64,000 nt of DNA from Andalucia godoyi And28 (Eukaryota; Protista; Jakobida): NCBI GenBank assembly GCA_009859145.1, contig VRVR01000038.1:1-64000 (forward strand), read 5' to 3'. This document shows, piece by piece, positions 30,932 to 41,133 of the stretch (position 1 is the stretch's first letter; each line of letters begins with the position of its first letter). The position numbers were made by a program, and so were the translations under genes. The notes under the pieces were generated by a model. That model saw nothing but the letters and a program-made list of their open reading frames with translations. It searched no databases and was not told where the DNA came from.

Positions 30932-31972
30932 TTACGAACGGACGCAGATAAACGTTGTCACGGCTCGTTCGCATCGTGCCCCTGGATTCGTTGCGCAGTA
31001 ATCCGACGGGCGCGAAATGGACTTTGTGTCTCGGACCAAGACAGTCGAGCCGCCTCCATCCAGGTTAACGGCGTAGTAGAAGCCAAACTGATGCAGCAAG
31101 TTAGCCCATTCAAACAGATCAAGGCCCTTGTTTAGCGCTTCGTCACCGTCCACTTCTGCGAGCAGCAGTTCTCCTGCCTGATTAAAACCAATGGCGGTTC
31201 GCGGCGCCTTTTCCCACACAAAGTCATAATCCGGACTCTCGTACGCAATGGAGTCCGTCAAAATCGACACCTCGCCGGCTCGAATCAGGTATGTCACCCC
31301 GCTTACAAGCTGTTGGAAAGGCAGTGCGGCGCTCACATCCGCCTTGGTGACGTAGCCAACGGCATACGACCCGTTCTTGAGAATGCCGAATACTGCATTG
31401 TCGATGCGGCCAAGCTTGCTCTCGACAGTCTTTCCATTCGAAACGACATGTCCGAGACACGTTCCTCTGTAGACGTCGAAAAAGCCCGCATTCATGGCAT
31501 ACTTGCATCGTGCTTGTTCTGCGGACACCGAGGTGCGAATGAGCCCCGGACATCCATTGAGTGGTTCTTCGACCGACACCTTTCCGATCGGATCCGGAAC
31601 CTGGACCACGTATCCATGCACAAGCTGGTTGTTAATGACCCGTGAAAACGACCGATCTTGCGGAAACCGAAATGGCCTCGCAGCCGCCATGGGGTAGAAA
31701 TCAAGCGGTGCGCCATCCGGAAACACTGCTGTCTGAAGAGAAATCGTCGGTGGTTCCAACGAGGCGGACTCGGAAAAAGCCAGCGTCGTATCGACGAAGG
31801 GAGGAGAATTGTATTGCAAATTGCGCTGCGGACTGCCCCAAGACTCGTAGGGATACGGCGGCTTCAGTCCGTTCGCTCCAATCACGAACATCAAACATAC
31901 GAATACTGTCAATGCTAAAGAACGACGAACTTCGGCGAGACCCCGACGACTCCCACTCGAAAAGCTGCCCAT
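30932..31972 (-). CDS. Phosphodiester glycosidase (NAGPA / uncovering-enzyme-like)
   Basis: N-terminal TM/signal; YAMNAGFF, APRTAIG, AVNLDGGGST, RPSDYC..CERAVTTFICV. Confidence 0.85.
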   Translation of the reverse strand: MGSFSSGSRRGLAEVRRSLALTVFVCLMFVIGANGLKPPYPYESWGSPQRNLQYNSPPFVDTTLAFSESASLEPPTISLQTAVFPDGAPLDFYPMAAARPFRFPQDRSFSRVINNQLVHGYVVQVPDPIGKVSVEEPLNGCPGLIRTSVSAEQARCKYAMNAGFFDVYRGTCLGHVVSNGKTVESKLGRIDNAVFGILKNGSYAVGYVTKADVSAALPFQQLVSGVTYLIRAGEVSILTDSIAYESPDYDFVWEKAPRTAIGFNQAGELLLAEVDGDEALNKGLDLFEWANLLHQFGFYYAVNLDGGGSTVLVRDTKSISRPSDYCATNPGARCERAVTTFICVRS

Positions 31973-32195
31973 GTTGATGTTTCTTCGTCGTCGTCTTCTT
32001 TTTCTTCCCTTGCAACACACTCCGTCAGTAACTGGTATTGTCAAAACGCGGCGAGCTTCCTGGTTCGCTACAGCGAAAGACGGAAAAGTCGATCGACGAT
32101 TCCGCACGATTTTTTTACATAACGGAAGAACCTACAACAGGTGAGCGCAGTTCCCAAGAGGGAGTGCCGCCAAATGCCACATGCAGTGCACTGGG

Positions 32196-33659
32196 TTAGT
32201 AGGGATCATTTCGATCGCGACTGCGCGGTCTATCCGAGTCGCGTGCTCTGTCTCTCCAGTTTCTGGCTGATTCAGGGCCATCATAGCCTCCACGACGGTC
32301 CCATCGACCCGATCTCTCCGACCCATCGCGACTGCTTCTGCGATACCGCTCATCACGATCATCATAATCTCGCTCTGTTCGTCTCCAAGAATCGCCACCG
32401 CCTTCTCTATCCCTGTCCGTGCCCCTGTCCCTGTCCCTGTTTCTATCTCTGTCTCTGTCTCGGTAGTCCCTGTCCCTGTCCCTATCTCTGTCACGATAGG
32501 GTTCGCGGTTTCTGCTGTTCCCTCCGCTGTTGCTCGCGCTTCTCCAGGACCCGGACACAGCCCCAGTGTCAGACCTGCTACTCGGACCATGCGACGACGA
32601 CGACGATGAATAAGAGGAGAAGGAGGAGGAAGAAGAAGAAGGATGCCGACTGCTCGCTCTGCGTGACGATTCTTCTTGCTTGAGCCTCTCTTCTGAAAAA
32701 GCTACCCGTGTGTTCTGTGGAACCAAATCGGCGCTTGAAAACTGGTCGGCACCAGGCAGTGACTTTGCCCATGCTCTAGAAACAAAGTACCGGAGTGTCT
32801 GCGGATGCTTTTCAAACACAAGCTTCGCAACATCATCCCACCAAGCAAACTCGGGCCATTCCTGATTCGTTTTCCACGGTTTCTCAGAGACATAATGGAA
32901 GACGACTGCCTTTTCGCCGTCCGCAAGCAAATCGCCTTCCTTCCAGGTTGGACAGCCAAACGAGTGCGAGACATGCGTCCACTTTTCCATGTAGTGCTCC
33001 GTGATGATCTGTTCGTCCGGACCAATGTACTTTCCTCGTTCGCCAAAGTCTGCTGCAGGATCAATTCTCCTGAGGATCGCATCCACTTCAGTGCTCCCAC
33101 CCTGCTCTTTTGGATTGAACACATAGCAACATCCTCGTATTCCGTAGTCCGAGATCGAGCGCTTAACGATGTCCACAGGAATCGGCTTTCCATGGAACGA
33201 AAGATCCTCTGCTTTCCGAAGAATGGAGCATATGCCAGCTGGAGTGTGGATGGCAAACAACGCGTCCGGATTCCGGGAAGCAAGCATGTCTGCATCCAGC
33301 AGCACAACGCGATCGTAATTAACAAGCTCGAGAACACGCAGTTTTGTAAACGCAAGCGAAATCCACGCATACAGCTGCTTGAATCGCTTTCCAGGATAAG
33401 GAAGCACTTGGGCGTCAATGTACTCAACAAGGACAACGTGGTCAAAAAGCAGCAATAGCGCTTCACAGCCGGCATCCGACACATCCGATGTGATCATGCA
33501 CACGATGTCCGCATCAACGGCCACCTGACGCAGCGAATGCGCAAGAACCAGCGCTCCACCAACATATGCATCCCCCTTCATGACCAACGTGCAGTACGCA
33601 TGCGAATGCAATGGCTGCACCTGCTGGAACTCACTCAGCAATTCAACAGCCTTTGACAT
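32196..33659 (-). CDS. Glycogenin-like GT8 glycosyltransferase with RD/RS-rich C-terminal tail
   Basis: AYCTLVMKGDAYVGGALVLAHSLR, FTKLRVLELVNYDRVVLLDADML, DEQII, HY.SEKPW; tail RDRDRDRD..RPRSRDRNDPY. Confidence 0.85.
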   Translation of the reverse strand: MSKAVELLSEFQQVQPLHSHAYCTLVMKGDAYVGGALVLAHSLRQVAVDADIVCMITSDVSDAGCEALLLLFDHVVLVEYIDAQVLPYPGKRFKQLYAWISLAFTKLRVLELVNYDRVVLLDADMLASRNPDALFAIHTPAGICSILRKAEDLSFHGKPIPVDIVKRSISDYGIRGCCYVFNPKEQGGSTEVDAILRRIDPAADFGERGKYIGPDEQIITEHYMEKWTHVSHSFGCPTWKEGDLLADGEKAVVFHYVSEKPWKTNQEWPEFAWWDDVAKLVFEKHPQTLRYFVSRAWAKSLPGADQFSSADLVPQNTRVAFSEERLKQEESSRRASSRHPSSSSSSFSSYSSSSSSHGPSSRSDTGAVSGSWRSASNSGGNSRNREPYRDRDRDRDRDYRDRDRDRNRDRDRGTDRDREGGGDSWRRTERDYDDRDERYRRSSRDGSERSGRWDRRGGYDGPESARNWRDRARDSDRPRSRDRNDPY

Positions 33660-34000
33660 CGTACCACTCCTCGAGCCAAATGCCTATTTTACGGTTGCCT
33701 GTTTACTATTATGATGATGATTCTTTCGATTGTCACTTTTCCTTTTGTTTCTGAGCCCCTTGTGGGCGGGTGCCCCTGCACGCTTGGTGAGCTGGCAGCC
33801 AACCTCCCCAGCATCAACTCCGCAGCAAAAGAAAAAAAAGAAATGGATAAAAACGCACCACTCCATCAGCTGTAGTCATTCTGCAAAACGCGGAGTGCGG
33901 GGAGTGCGGACGAGCGGGAAGCAGATTATTTAACGGGAAGCACGAACACTGGTGGCGATTGGTCTGCGGGTTGGTACGCGGTACTCTTCCAGCACGAGAC

Positions 34001-34954
34001 ATGTCGTTTGATGCACAGCGGGCGTATCAGACCTCCCGTGTGGACGAGCACGTTGAGAGCAAGAGTGCGAAAGTGAGCCAAAGAACGCGGCGAAAGGATT
34101 CTGCTGGTTGGAATGGTGCTGCTGCTGGAGCTGATGCGATGTCGTACGAAGAGCGCTTTTCCATCGAGTTTCAGTCGAAAATGCACTTGTCGTTCTTGCT
34201 GGACGATTCGGCGACAGATGAGAGCATGCAAGTGGCGGTTCCGGAAACGAGACCGTTGGTCGAATTGCGCATTGGCGATCTGCACCCGGCATTCACCATT
34301 TGGAACGAGCCTTTGCCGCACGATTCTGCAGTTCGGTCGCAGTACAAGGCTGCAGGAATCGTGGCATTTCGGAAGGATATGTCCGAGCTGCTGCTCGTTG
34401 TCGAGCGACGGTACCGCGATGCTCGGAAAACGCGAGTTCTCGGATCGTTCCTGAATGTCCCTGGGGGAAAGAGAGATCATGACGACCGGTGTCCGGAGTT
34501 CTCCGCTCTTCGCGAGCTCTACGAAGAAACGTTTCAAAATCTGCACAGCGACCAGAATACCGCGGAAAACGCAGATGCACGTGCACAGGGGGCCGGGTTG
34601 CCTCAGGCCGTGCTCATTGAGATATGGAGAGGGTTGCTGACGAAACCAAGCTTTGTGAGTTGGATTCCGTCTTCAAAATATGTCTTGTTTGGTGTGGAAG
34701 TGCCGAGTCTGGACATTTACGGAGACGCCTTCGCGGCTCCGTTTCCAACCGAGAATAACTGGGAGTCTGAAGGCTGGGGGCTCGAGTCAGCGCTTGGCAA
34801 TCGCGAGATGATGGCCGTCTGGACTTCCACGAACACGCTGCCGTCTGTTCCCCAGTCGCTCGTCTACCGATACTCGATTCTCCCGGTATTTCAAAGCTCG
34901 ATGTTGCCGATGCTGTTCGACGATGATTTGTTTTCCGATATCAGTGTTCCGTGA
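34001..34954 (+). CDS. Nudix hydrolase-like protein
   Basis: ELLLVVERR..LNVPGGKRDHDDRCPEFSALRELYEET matches a variant Nudix box. Confidence 0.7.
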   Translation: MSFDAQRAYQTSRVDEHVESKSAKVSQRTRRKDSAGWNGAAAGADAMSYEERFSIEFQSKMHLSFLLDDSATDESMQVAVPETRPLVELRIGDLHPAFTIWNEPLPHDSAVRSQYKAAGIVAFRKDMSELLLVVERRYRDARKTRVLGSFLNVPGGKRDHDDRCPEFSALRELYEETFQNLHSDQNTAENADARAQGAGLPQAVLIEIWRGLLTKPSFVSWIPSSKYVLFGVEVPSLDIYGDAFAAPFPTENNWESEGWGLESALGNREMMAVWTSTNTLPSVPQSLVYRYSILPVFQSSMLPMLFDDDLFSDISVP

Positions 34955-34990
34955 GGAACGCGGACTGCGGGGCAGGGCTGTGCTCAGTGT

Positions 34991-35024
34991 CCCCGTGCCC
35001 CCGTGCCCCCGTGCCCCCGTGCCC
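34991..35024 (-). repeat. 8-bp tandem repeat (GGGGGCAC)n, strong G-quadruplex motif
   Basis: Minus strand GGG-CAC-GGGGG-CAC-GGGGG-CAC-GGGGG-CAC-GGGG. Confidence 0.85.
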
Positions 35025-35115
35025 AGTGCAGCAAAACGCACCAGCTTCTGCAGCTCGTCTGTGAACAGTGAGCGACGAACGGTGAGAATCGAAACGCAAA
35101 GGGGAAATGTGGTTT

Positions 35116-36324
35116 TTACAAGTCTGTAATGAGCATAGGGAGTCCGATGTCGTCATTAGTGACGCGGGCTTTGTCTTCTCGGATCAGTGCGCCTCCGTAC
35201 TCGCCGTCGATTGTCCACGAGGAGACAATCGGGAATCGTCCGTCGATACAAGGCATGTGGACGTATTCCTGGTACACTGACGGTCCGGTCCACGTGAGAC
35301 CCACATTCCCCGTCTTGAACTCTGGCGTAAACACCCCGACTTCTCCCCCCAAGATCCCATGAAACGATTTGACGACGTACCCGTGCGTATCCCATCGCGG
35401 TATGTCAGTGTGTGACGTGAAGGTCGTCGCGAGAAGATTAGGGTGTCCTGGGAACAGTCGCCACATCAGCACCATCAATCCCTTGTTCTGCAGCAAATAC
35501 TTCCATGCAGGCTCCATCACGGGAGCGTCTTTCAACTCGCCCTCGAGAAGCTCGCGGACGGCTGGGAACTTGTTGTTCCATATCGCATGCCAACGAAAGA
35601 TCTTGAACGCAGACCCAAGCTTTTGTGATCTCTTAAACTCTGGAAACGCAAGTCGCTCCACCGAATACCCGGCCTTGCGACCCATGTCTGTCATGAACGT
35701 GGCCATGTTGGCAAGATACGCGTCGCCCGGATGGTACAACACTCCAAACGGCTCCGGCAGCCGGCGTTTTCGCAGCGCGTCTACCAGCCGAGGAACAAAT
35801 TCGTCACCGGCCGTCCGATAACCCATCATCCGTCCAAACTCGGGTTGCAACACTCCTGTCTCATAGTACGAGCCCGGGGTATCCGCGTTGTACTCGAGAA
35901 ACTTCAGCAGCCACTTCTTCTCCTTCTCCTTTTCCGTCTTTCCGCATTCTTCTCGATTGCATTCAGTGGTGCCTTCTTCTACATCTTCTTCTGTTTCCGA
36001 CCACGCAAAGTCCATTCGGCCGAGCAGTCCTTGTTCGCCACGAGCCCAGCTTGCACGGATGGGTTCTCTGAACTCAACAGGCACCCGCAGCTCATCCATA
36101 ATCTCGTTGCTGTTCACCGCCATTTCAACGCACGTCATCGCCATCTTGTGCACCTCCGTTGTCGCTTGTGCCAGCTGCGCATGAGCAGTCGGCGAAACCA
36201 GATAGTAGCTTCGATCGTCAAAATCATTGATGCTCAGCTCCACCACACTCGGCTCCAGCACCGGAGACCCCGCCACCAACAAGCCCGTCCGAGACGTCTG
36301 AATCCGACGAAGCATCGATTTCAT
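35116..36324 (-). CDS. Glutathionylspermidine synthase-like ATP-grasp protein (YgiC/YjfC-like)
   Basis: LLGRMDF, LKFLEYNADTP, EPAWKYLLQNKGLM..LWRLFPGHPNLL, YVVK, VYQE, SWTIDGEYGGALIRED..VT. Confidence 0.85.
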   Translation of the reverse strand: MKSMLRRIQTSRTGLLVAGSPVLEPSVVELSINDFDDRSYYLVSPTAHAQLAQATTEVHKMAMTCVEMAVNSNEIMDELRVPVEFREPIRASWARGEQGLLGRMDFAWSETEEDVEEGTTECNREECGKTEKEKEKKWLLKFLEYNADTPGSYYETGVLQPEFGRMMGYRTAGDEFVPRLVDALRKRRLPEPFGVLYHPGDAYLANMATFMTDMGRKAGYSVERLAFPEFKRSQKLGSAFKIFRWHAIWNNKFPAVRELLEGELKDAPVMEPAWKYLLQNKGLMVLMWRLFPGHPNLLATTFTSHTDIPRWDTHGYVVKSFHGILGGEVGVFTPEFKTGNVGLTWTGPSVYQEYVHMPCIDGRFPIVSSWTIDGEYGGALIREDKARVTNDDIGLPMLITDL

Positions 36325-36709
36325 CTTCTTTGTCTCCTTCTTGTTTTATGCGTTGTTTTGTTCTTTTTTCTTCTTATTTTTCAAGTGTACATACCTACAT
36401 TCAGTTTATTTATTTTTTCTTTTTGAAAATTCTCATGTATTCCTGCTTTGGATTTCCTCACTCCGTCGTTCTGTTGCCGGAAATGATTGTCGGCAGCAAG
36501 TCGGTCGGGGTGTTGCTGGTCGGAGTTTTCAAAAACCTCAAAATTGAAAACATTAAAAAAATCGACTGCCGCAAAGCGAAGTCGCAAGCATCAACCGTCT
36601 GCAGCAGGCCTAAACTCTGCTGGGTTGATGGTGGATGCCGTGCATTCCACACCATTCGATGCCCTCGATTCCTTGCGAGTTTCAATCGTCATCGTCGCTT
36701 GTCCTTTCA

Positions 36710-36747
<38 letters not shown>

Positions 36748-36807
36748 GCGCGCGCGCAGAGAGAGAGAGAGAGAGAGATTGAGGGGGGAAACAGACAGGA
36801 TCCAGAG

Positions 36808-38091
36808 ATGAATGACATGTCGCTACCATTTTCTGGGACTCCTATTGTTCTTGACAATGGAACGTCTTCGCTGAAAGTGAACTATGCAACAGCAGAGTAT
36901 CCTATTGTGATTCCATCGATGGTTGGCATTCCCAAGCACCAGCGAGTGTTTGATACGTTTTCCACTGCCGCGAGTGTTTCTTCGATTGCAATGACGACAG
37001 GCAGTCTCGGCGGCGGTGGCGGAGGAGGCGGCGGCGGTGGCGGCAGCGCAGGAGACATGATGATGCATGGTGGCAGTTCGGATGATGCACAAGGGGCAAT
37101 ATACATGGGGGATGCACTGTCAAAGCTTCGAGGGGCTCTGCGTCTGCGCCCAGCCTTGGAGCATGGAACAGTGACACACTGGTCGGACATGGAAACACTG
37201 TGGGACCATTGCTTCACCACGGTCCTTAATGCGCGGTCAATCGACCATCCGGTGCTGATTGCAGATGCGCCGCACGCACCGGCTGCACAGCGCGCTCATA
37301 CTGCGCAGATCTTCTTTGAGAAGTTTCAGTCTCCAGCGCTATTTTTTGCCATCCAGGCTGTCCTGGCGCTCTACGCTGCCGGACGAACCACGGGACTTGT
37401 GCTCGATGTTGGCGACGGGGTCACACAGGCAGTCCCAGTCTTTGAGGGATGGGCTCTCCAGCACGCAATTATGAGGGCAGATGTCGGCGGAAGAGACGTC
37501 ACGCGCCATTTGGAAATTCTCCTGCGTCGCGCTGGATACCCGTTTCACACGTCAGCAGAACGCGAAATCGTACGCTCGATCAAGGAATCGCTGTGCTATG
37601 TGTCACCCGACCCCCTCTCCTCCTTTTCATACGGCAGCAGCGGGAGCAGCAGTGGTGTTGGGGCTGGAGCAGGAGAGTATATGTTACCAGACGGGCAGAA
37701 GGTGGTCCTGGGCGAGGAGAGGGTTGCAGCGCCCGAGGTGTTGTTTGAGCCATCGCGGATTGGGCTCGAGTACCCGGGCGTGCATGAGTGTGTGTTGGCT
37801 GCGGTAGCCAAGGCAGATGTGGATATCAGACCGAGACTGTGTGCCGATATGCATCTTGCAGGCGGCTCAACCATGTTTGCGCAGTTCCCGTTACGTCTGG
37901 TGAACGAACTGCGAAGAGCAAGAACGATGCATGATGCAGGAAGAATCCGAGTGGCGGCTGCGCCGGAGCGAAAGGTTGCTGCGTGGATCGGCGGAATGAT
38001 GCTTGTCTCCTTGGACTCCTTCCGACAAGCTTGGATCACGAAGGCGCAATACGAGGAAGAAGGCCCCCGCATCCTGCAAAAGTTTCTCTAA
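36808..38091 (+). CDS. Actin-related protein, Arp1/centractin-like
   Basis: IVLDNGT, VGIPKH, EHGTVTHWSDME.LW, AIQAVLALYAAGRTTGLVLDVGDGVT, TSAEREIVRSIKE, PERKVAAWIGG. Confidence 0.85.
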   Translation: MNDMSLPFSGTPIVLDNGTSSLKVNYATAEYPIVIPSMVGIPKHQRVFDTFSTAASVSSIAMTTGSLGGGGGGGGGGGGSAGDMMMHGGSSDDAQGAIYMGDALSKLRGALRLRPALEHGTVTHWSDMETLWDHCFTTVLNARSIDHPVLIADAPHAPAAQRAHTAQIFFEKFQSPALFFAIQAVLALYAAGRTTGLVLDVGDGVTQAVPVFEGWALQHAIMRADVGGRDVTRHLEILLRRAGYPFHTSAEREIVRSIKESLCYVSPDPLSSFSYGSSGSSSGVGAGAGEYMLPDGQKVVLGEERVAAPEVLFEPSRIGLEYPGVHECVLAAVAKADVDIRPRLCADMHLAGGSTMFAQFPLRLVNELRRARTMHDAGRIRVAAAPERKVAAWIGGMMLVSLDSFRQAWITKAQYEEEGPRILQKFL

Positions 38092-38475
38092 GCAAAACAA
38101 AAACAAAAACAAAAGAAAAAAGAAAGAAAAAAAGAAAGAGGATAAGCCATGCTCAGTACTCACCGGGATGCGGATCTGGATGTGCATGTGTAAGTGTTTG
38201 TGTACGTGTATGTTGTATGGATCGAAGAGTGCAATTAAAGCAAGAATTCGTCTGCACGAACGAAATTCTGCGTGTGCGACTTTGCCCCGCAGTTGCAGCT
38301 GTAGAGAAATAGGAAAGGAGAATTATTATTATTATTATTATTATTATTATTTAATTTTTTTCTGCATTGTCCCGATGCTGGACTGGTCCGAGTTCCCTAA
38401 TCACCATTGCCGTCATCTGTCGTCGTAGTCGTCGTCGTAGTGATCGCGGTAACAGGTGGTGGGACAGTTGCAAGC

Positions 38476-38802
38476 ATGAAGCAGGAGGGGTTTGCGCGGC
38501 TGTGTGGCCAGCGAGTCGATGTGGTGCTGCAAAGTCTGTCGTGCACGATTGGACGCGGATTGGAATGCGATGTCTCTGTTCCGTCAGTTCGCACACTCTC
38601 GCGACACCATGCAACCATTGCGTGGCGACCGGATTTGCGAGCTTTTGAAATCCAAGTGTTTGGAAAGAATGGGATGAGAATCAATAATGTGCAGTACAGA
38701 GCCGGAGATCGAATTCCACTCGAGCACGGTTCCATCGTGCATGTTGCCGATGGCTACGACGCCCTCTTTCTCACGTCTGAGCTTCCTCGACTCGTCGATT
38801 AA
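38476..38802 (+). CDS. Small stand-alone FHA-domain protein
   Basis: GFARLCG..CTIGRG..SRHHATI..GKNGMRIN (FHA G-R, S-R-x-H, NG motifs). Confidence 0.8.
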   Translation: MKQEGFARLCGQRVDVVLQSLSCTIGRGLECDVSVPSVRTLSRHHATIAWRPDLRAFEIQVFGKNGMRINNVQYRAGDRIPLEHGSIVHVADGYDALFLTSELPRLVD

Positions 38803-38970
38803 CTGGATGTTTATCTATTATCACCCCGCTCTCAATACATGTACTATACACACACACACACTCTCTCTCTCTCTCTCTGTCTTCAAAAATAATAAAAACA
38901 ACACCAACTAGGATGATCACAGAGCATTGGGAATTCCTATCCAACCCCCACGCGTACTTGGAGTGGCATG

Positions 38971-39357
38971 CTAGAATAGAGAACGGCAGATCGACTGGAG
39001 AAGCGATTGGAAATGCGCGACGAACATTTTGCGACCCTGGTCTCTGAACGACATTCGGACTTCTGCATGCTTCCGGTTTGCCAAATCATCCTTTCTCTTC
39101 AGCAGAAACGGCTCTGGGGCATTGTCCACGGCGCTCTGCAGCACACGTTTCGCAACCTTTCGTTCATCACAGTTTTCGTCCGTCCGGATCTTCTGCAGCA
39201 AGCGTACTGTTTGCACCGTTGACAAACACGACGGAATCCGCACCAGCCATCGAAGCGCAGGTCTTTCCGACTGCCTCTTCCATTGATTCACTTCGCGAAC
39301 CAGCAACCGCAACTCGGATCTGCGCGTTGTCGTCATCACCATCGCCATCACCATCAT
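38971..39357 (-). CDS. Hypothetical protein (uncertain)
   Basis: 128-aa ORF filling an otherwise empty interval; no recognisable motif. Confidence 0.25.
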   Translation of the reverse strand: MMVMAMVMTTTRRSELRLLVREVNQWKRQSERPALRWLVRIPSCLSTVQTVRLLQKIRTDENCDERKVAKRVLQSAVDNAPEPFLLKRKDDLANRKHAEVRMSFRDQGRKMFVAHFQSLLQSICRSLF

Positions 39358-39687
39358 TCATCCACTCATCAGCACAACCACACTACCCGACCACCGTAAT
39401 CCACTTGCCCAGGGCATCTCGTCTTTCGAAACCTTGCAAGAACAAACAACACAAGCTTCGCGGTTGTAAAAACAAACAGAAACAAAACACCCATTGTTGA
39501 AGCTGTCAGGAAAATGTCCGATTAGCAATCTCTGGTCTGCATTCGATCCTGCTTATTCCGCTCGTCCTTTTTCTTCTCTGTTGTTCATGGACGTGTGCGT
39601 GCATGCGTGCGTGCGTGTGTCCATTTTGATTGTATGTTTACGTACCTATCGAACTGGATATTCCGACGAAGATTGAAAAAGTATCAA

Positions 39688-41001
39688 ATGGACTCTGATT
39701 CACACAAACCGACAAACCACTCACACTCTCATCACTCTCGCACTCATCATCGACATCAGCATCATCATCACTCATCATCCTCGACTGCTTCTACTTCTCA
39801 TAAACACAAGGATCAGTCCCGAGGATCATCGAATATGAAGACGGGTTTTTTGATGAGCACCGGGTCGGATGTTCCGTACTGGGTGCTTGGCCAGTGCTAT
39901 GGGTCGACGGACGACGAGGAGTTTATGAGGGACGTCCGGACGCTTGTTTGGTGCACTTATCGATCGCAAATGAAGGAGTCTGTGGTGGCGAGCGACTCGG
40001 GATGGGGCTGCATGCACCGCACTGGACAGATGCTCATGGCACAGACTCTTGTTCGGCTGTTCATAGGCCGCGAGTTTCGTCTCCCGTCTGCCGCGAATGC
40101 AGACGTCCGGATCGAAATGGCAAGGCTCACAGTTCGTGAACCAGGACAAGAATCCGCCGGCAACGATAATAGCAGCGGTGATGATGGCGGCGATGTCGAT
40201 GTGGACGAGGCTGCGGCAAACGCAGAAGCAGATGCAAAGTCGTACCAGGCAATTGTGAAACGATTCATGGATCTGTCGGGGCCACAGCACGCAATGTCGC
40301 TGCACAACATTGTTCACGTGGCTCGGGACTTTGGAAAGGGAATCGGGACGTGGCTTGGGCCGAATACAATGTGCCATGTGCTCGCCAAGCTCGTGAAGAC
40401 TACCATGGGCACAGAAGATGTGCTGGACGTTGTAGTTCCTGATGGTGGTGGCTTGTACAGTTCCGATATCAAGTCCCGCTCCTTTCCGCTGCTGATTCTC
40501 GCACCTCTGAAGCTCTCGCTCGATGCATACGTCCCCGGTGCGTTTGCACCCCAAATCTCCGTGCTGTTCAAGTTGCACCAGTGCGTCGGAATGATTGGTG
40601 GACGCCCGCGGTCGTCCGCGTACTTTTTTGGAACTCGAGGAAACGATACTCTCTTGTTCCTGGATCCACACACCACACAAGCTGCCCCACAATCTGCAGA
40701 CGATCTCAGCTCGTTCCAGTACAAGGGTGCGCTTAATGCAATGCCAATTACACACTTGGACCCTTCGTTTGCTGTCGGGTTTCTGTGCACAGATCCAAGT
40801 GATTGGGAGTCGCTCTTTCAAACCCTTTGTGAAATCTGTGCCCATCATCCATCGAACCCCATGTTTGACGTTCGTGAAACCAATCCGCTTGGACCGTCTG
40901 CAGCGAACCTGCATGCCAGCGACCCGTTCGAGGATGAAGACACGGGCGACGCAGCAGCCGGTGCAAAGAAGAGCGTAGAGGATGACTTTGAGATCTTGTA
41001 A
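39688..41001 (+). CDS. ATG4: Autophagy cysteine protease ATG4
   Basis: WCTYRS, SDSGWGCMHRTGQMLMAQ, WLGP, GMIGGRPRSSAYFFG, FLDPH, LDPS; C-terminal DDFEIL LIR-like motif. Confidence 0.93.
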   Translation: MDSDSHKPTNHSHSHHSRTHHRHQHHHHSSSSTASTSHKHKDQSRGSSNMKTGFLMSTGSDVPYWVLGQCYGSTDDEEFMRDVRTLVWCTYRSQMKESVVASDSGWGCMHRTGQMLMAQTLVRLFIGREFRLPSAANADVRIEMARLTVREPGQESAGNDNSSGDDGGDVDVDEAAANAEADAKSYQAIVKRFMDLSGPQHAMSLHNIVHVARDFGKGIGTWLGPNTMCHVLAKLVKTTMGTEDVLDVVVPDGGGLYSSDIKSRSFPLLILAPLKLSLDAYVPGAFAPQISVLFKLHQCVGMIGGRPRSSAYFFGTRGNDTLLFLDPHTTQAAPQSADDLSSFQYKGALNAMPITHLDPSFAVGFLCTDPSDWESLFQTLCEICAHHPSNPMFDVRETNPLGPSAANLHASDPFEDEDTGDAAAGAKKSVEDDFEIL

Positions 41002-41133
41002 TGGAGAGAGGAGGAAATCGTGTAGTTATGTTGACGGTGCCAGAAAAACATGAGGAGACATGATGTGTAGAGCAAGAATGATAAACCAAATACACATTTA
41101 TTCTCGTCTGCCCCATCATCGTTGCGAGTTTCT

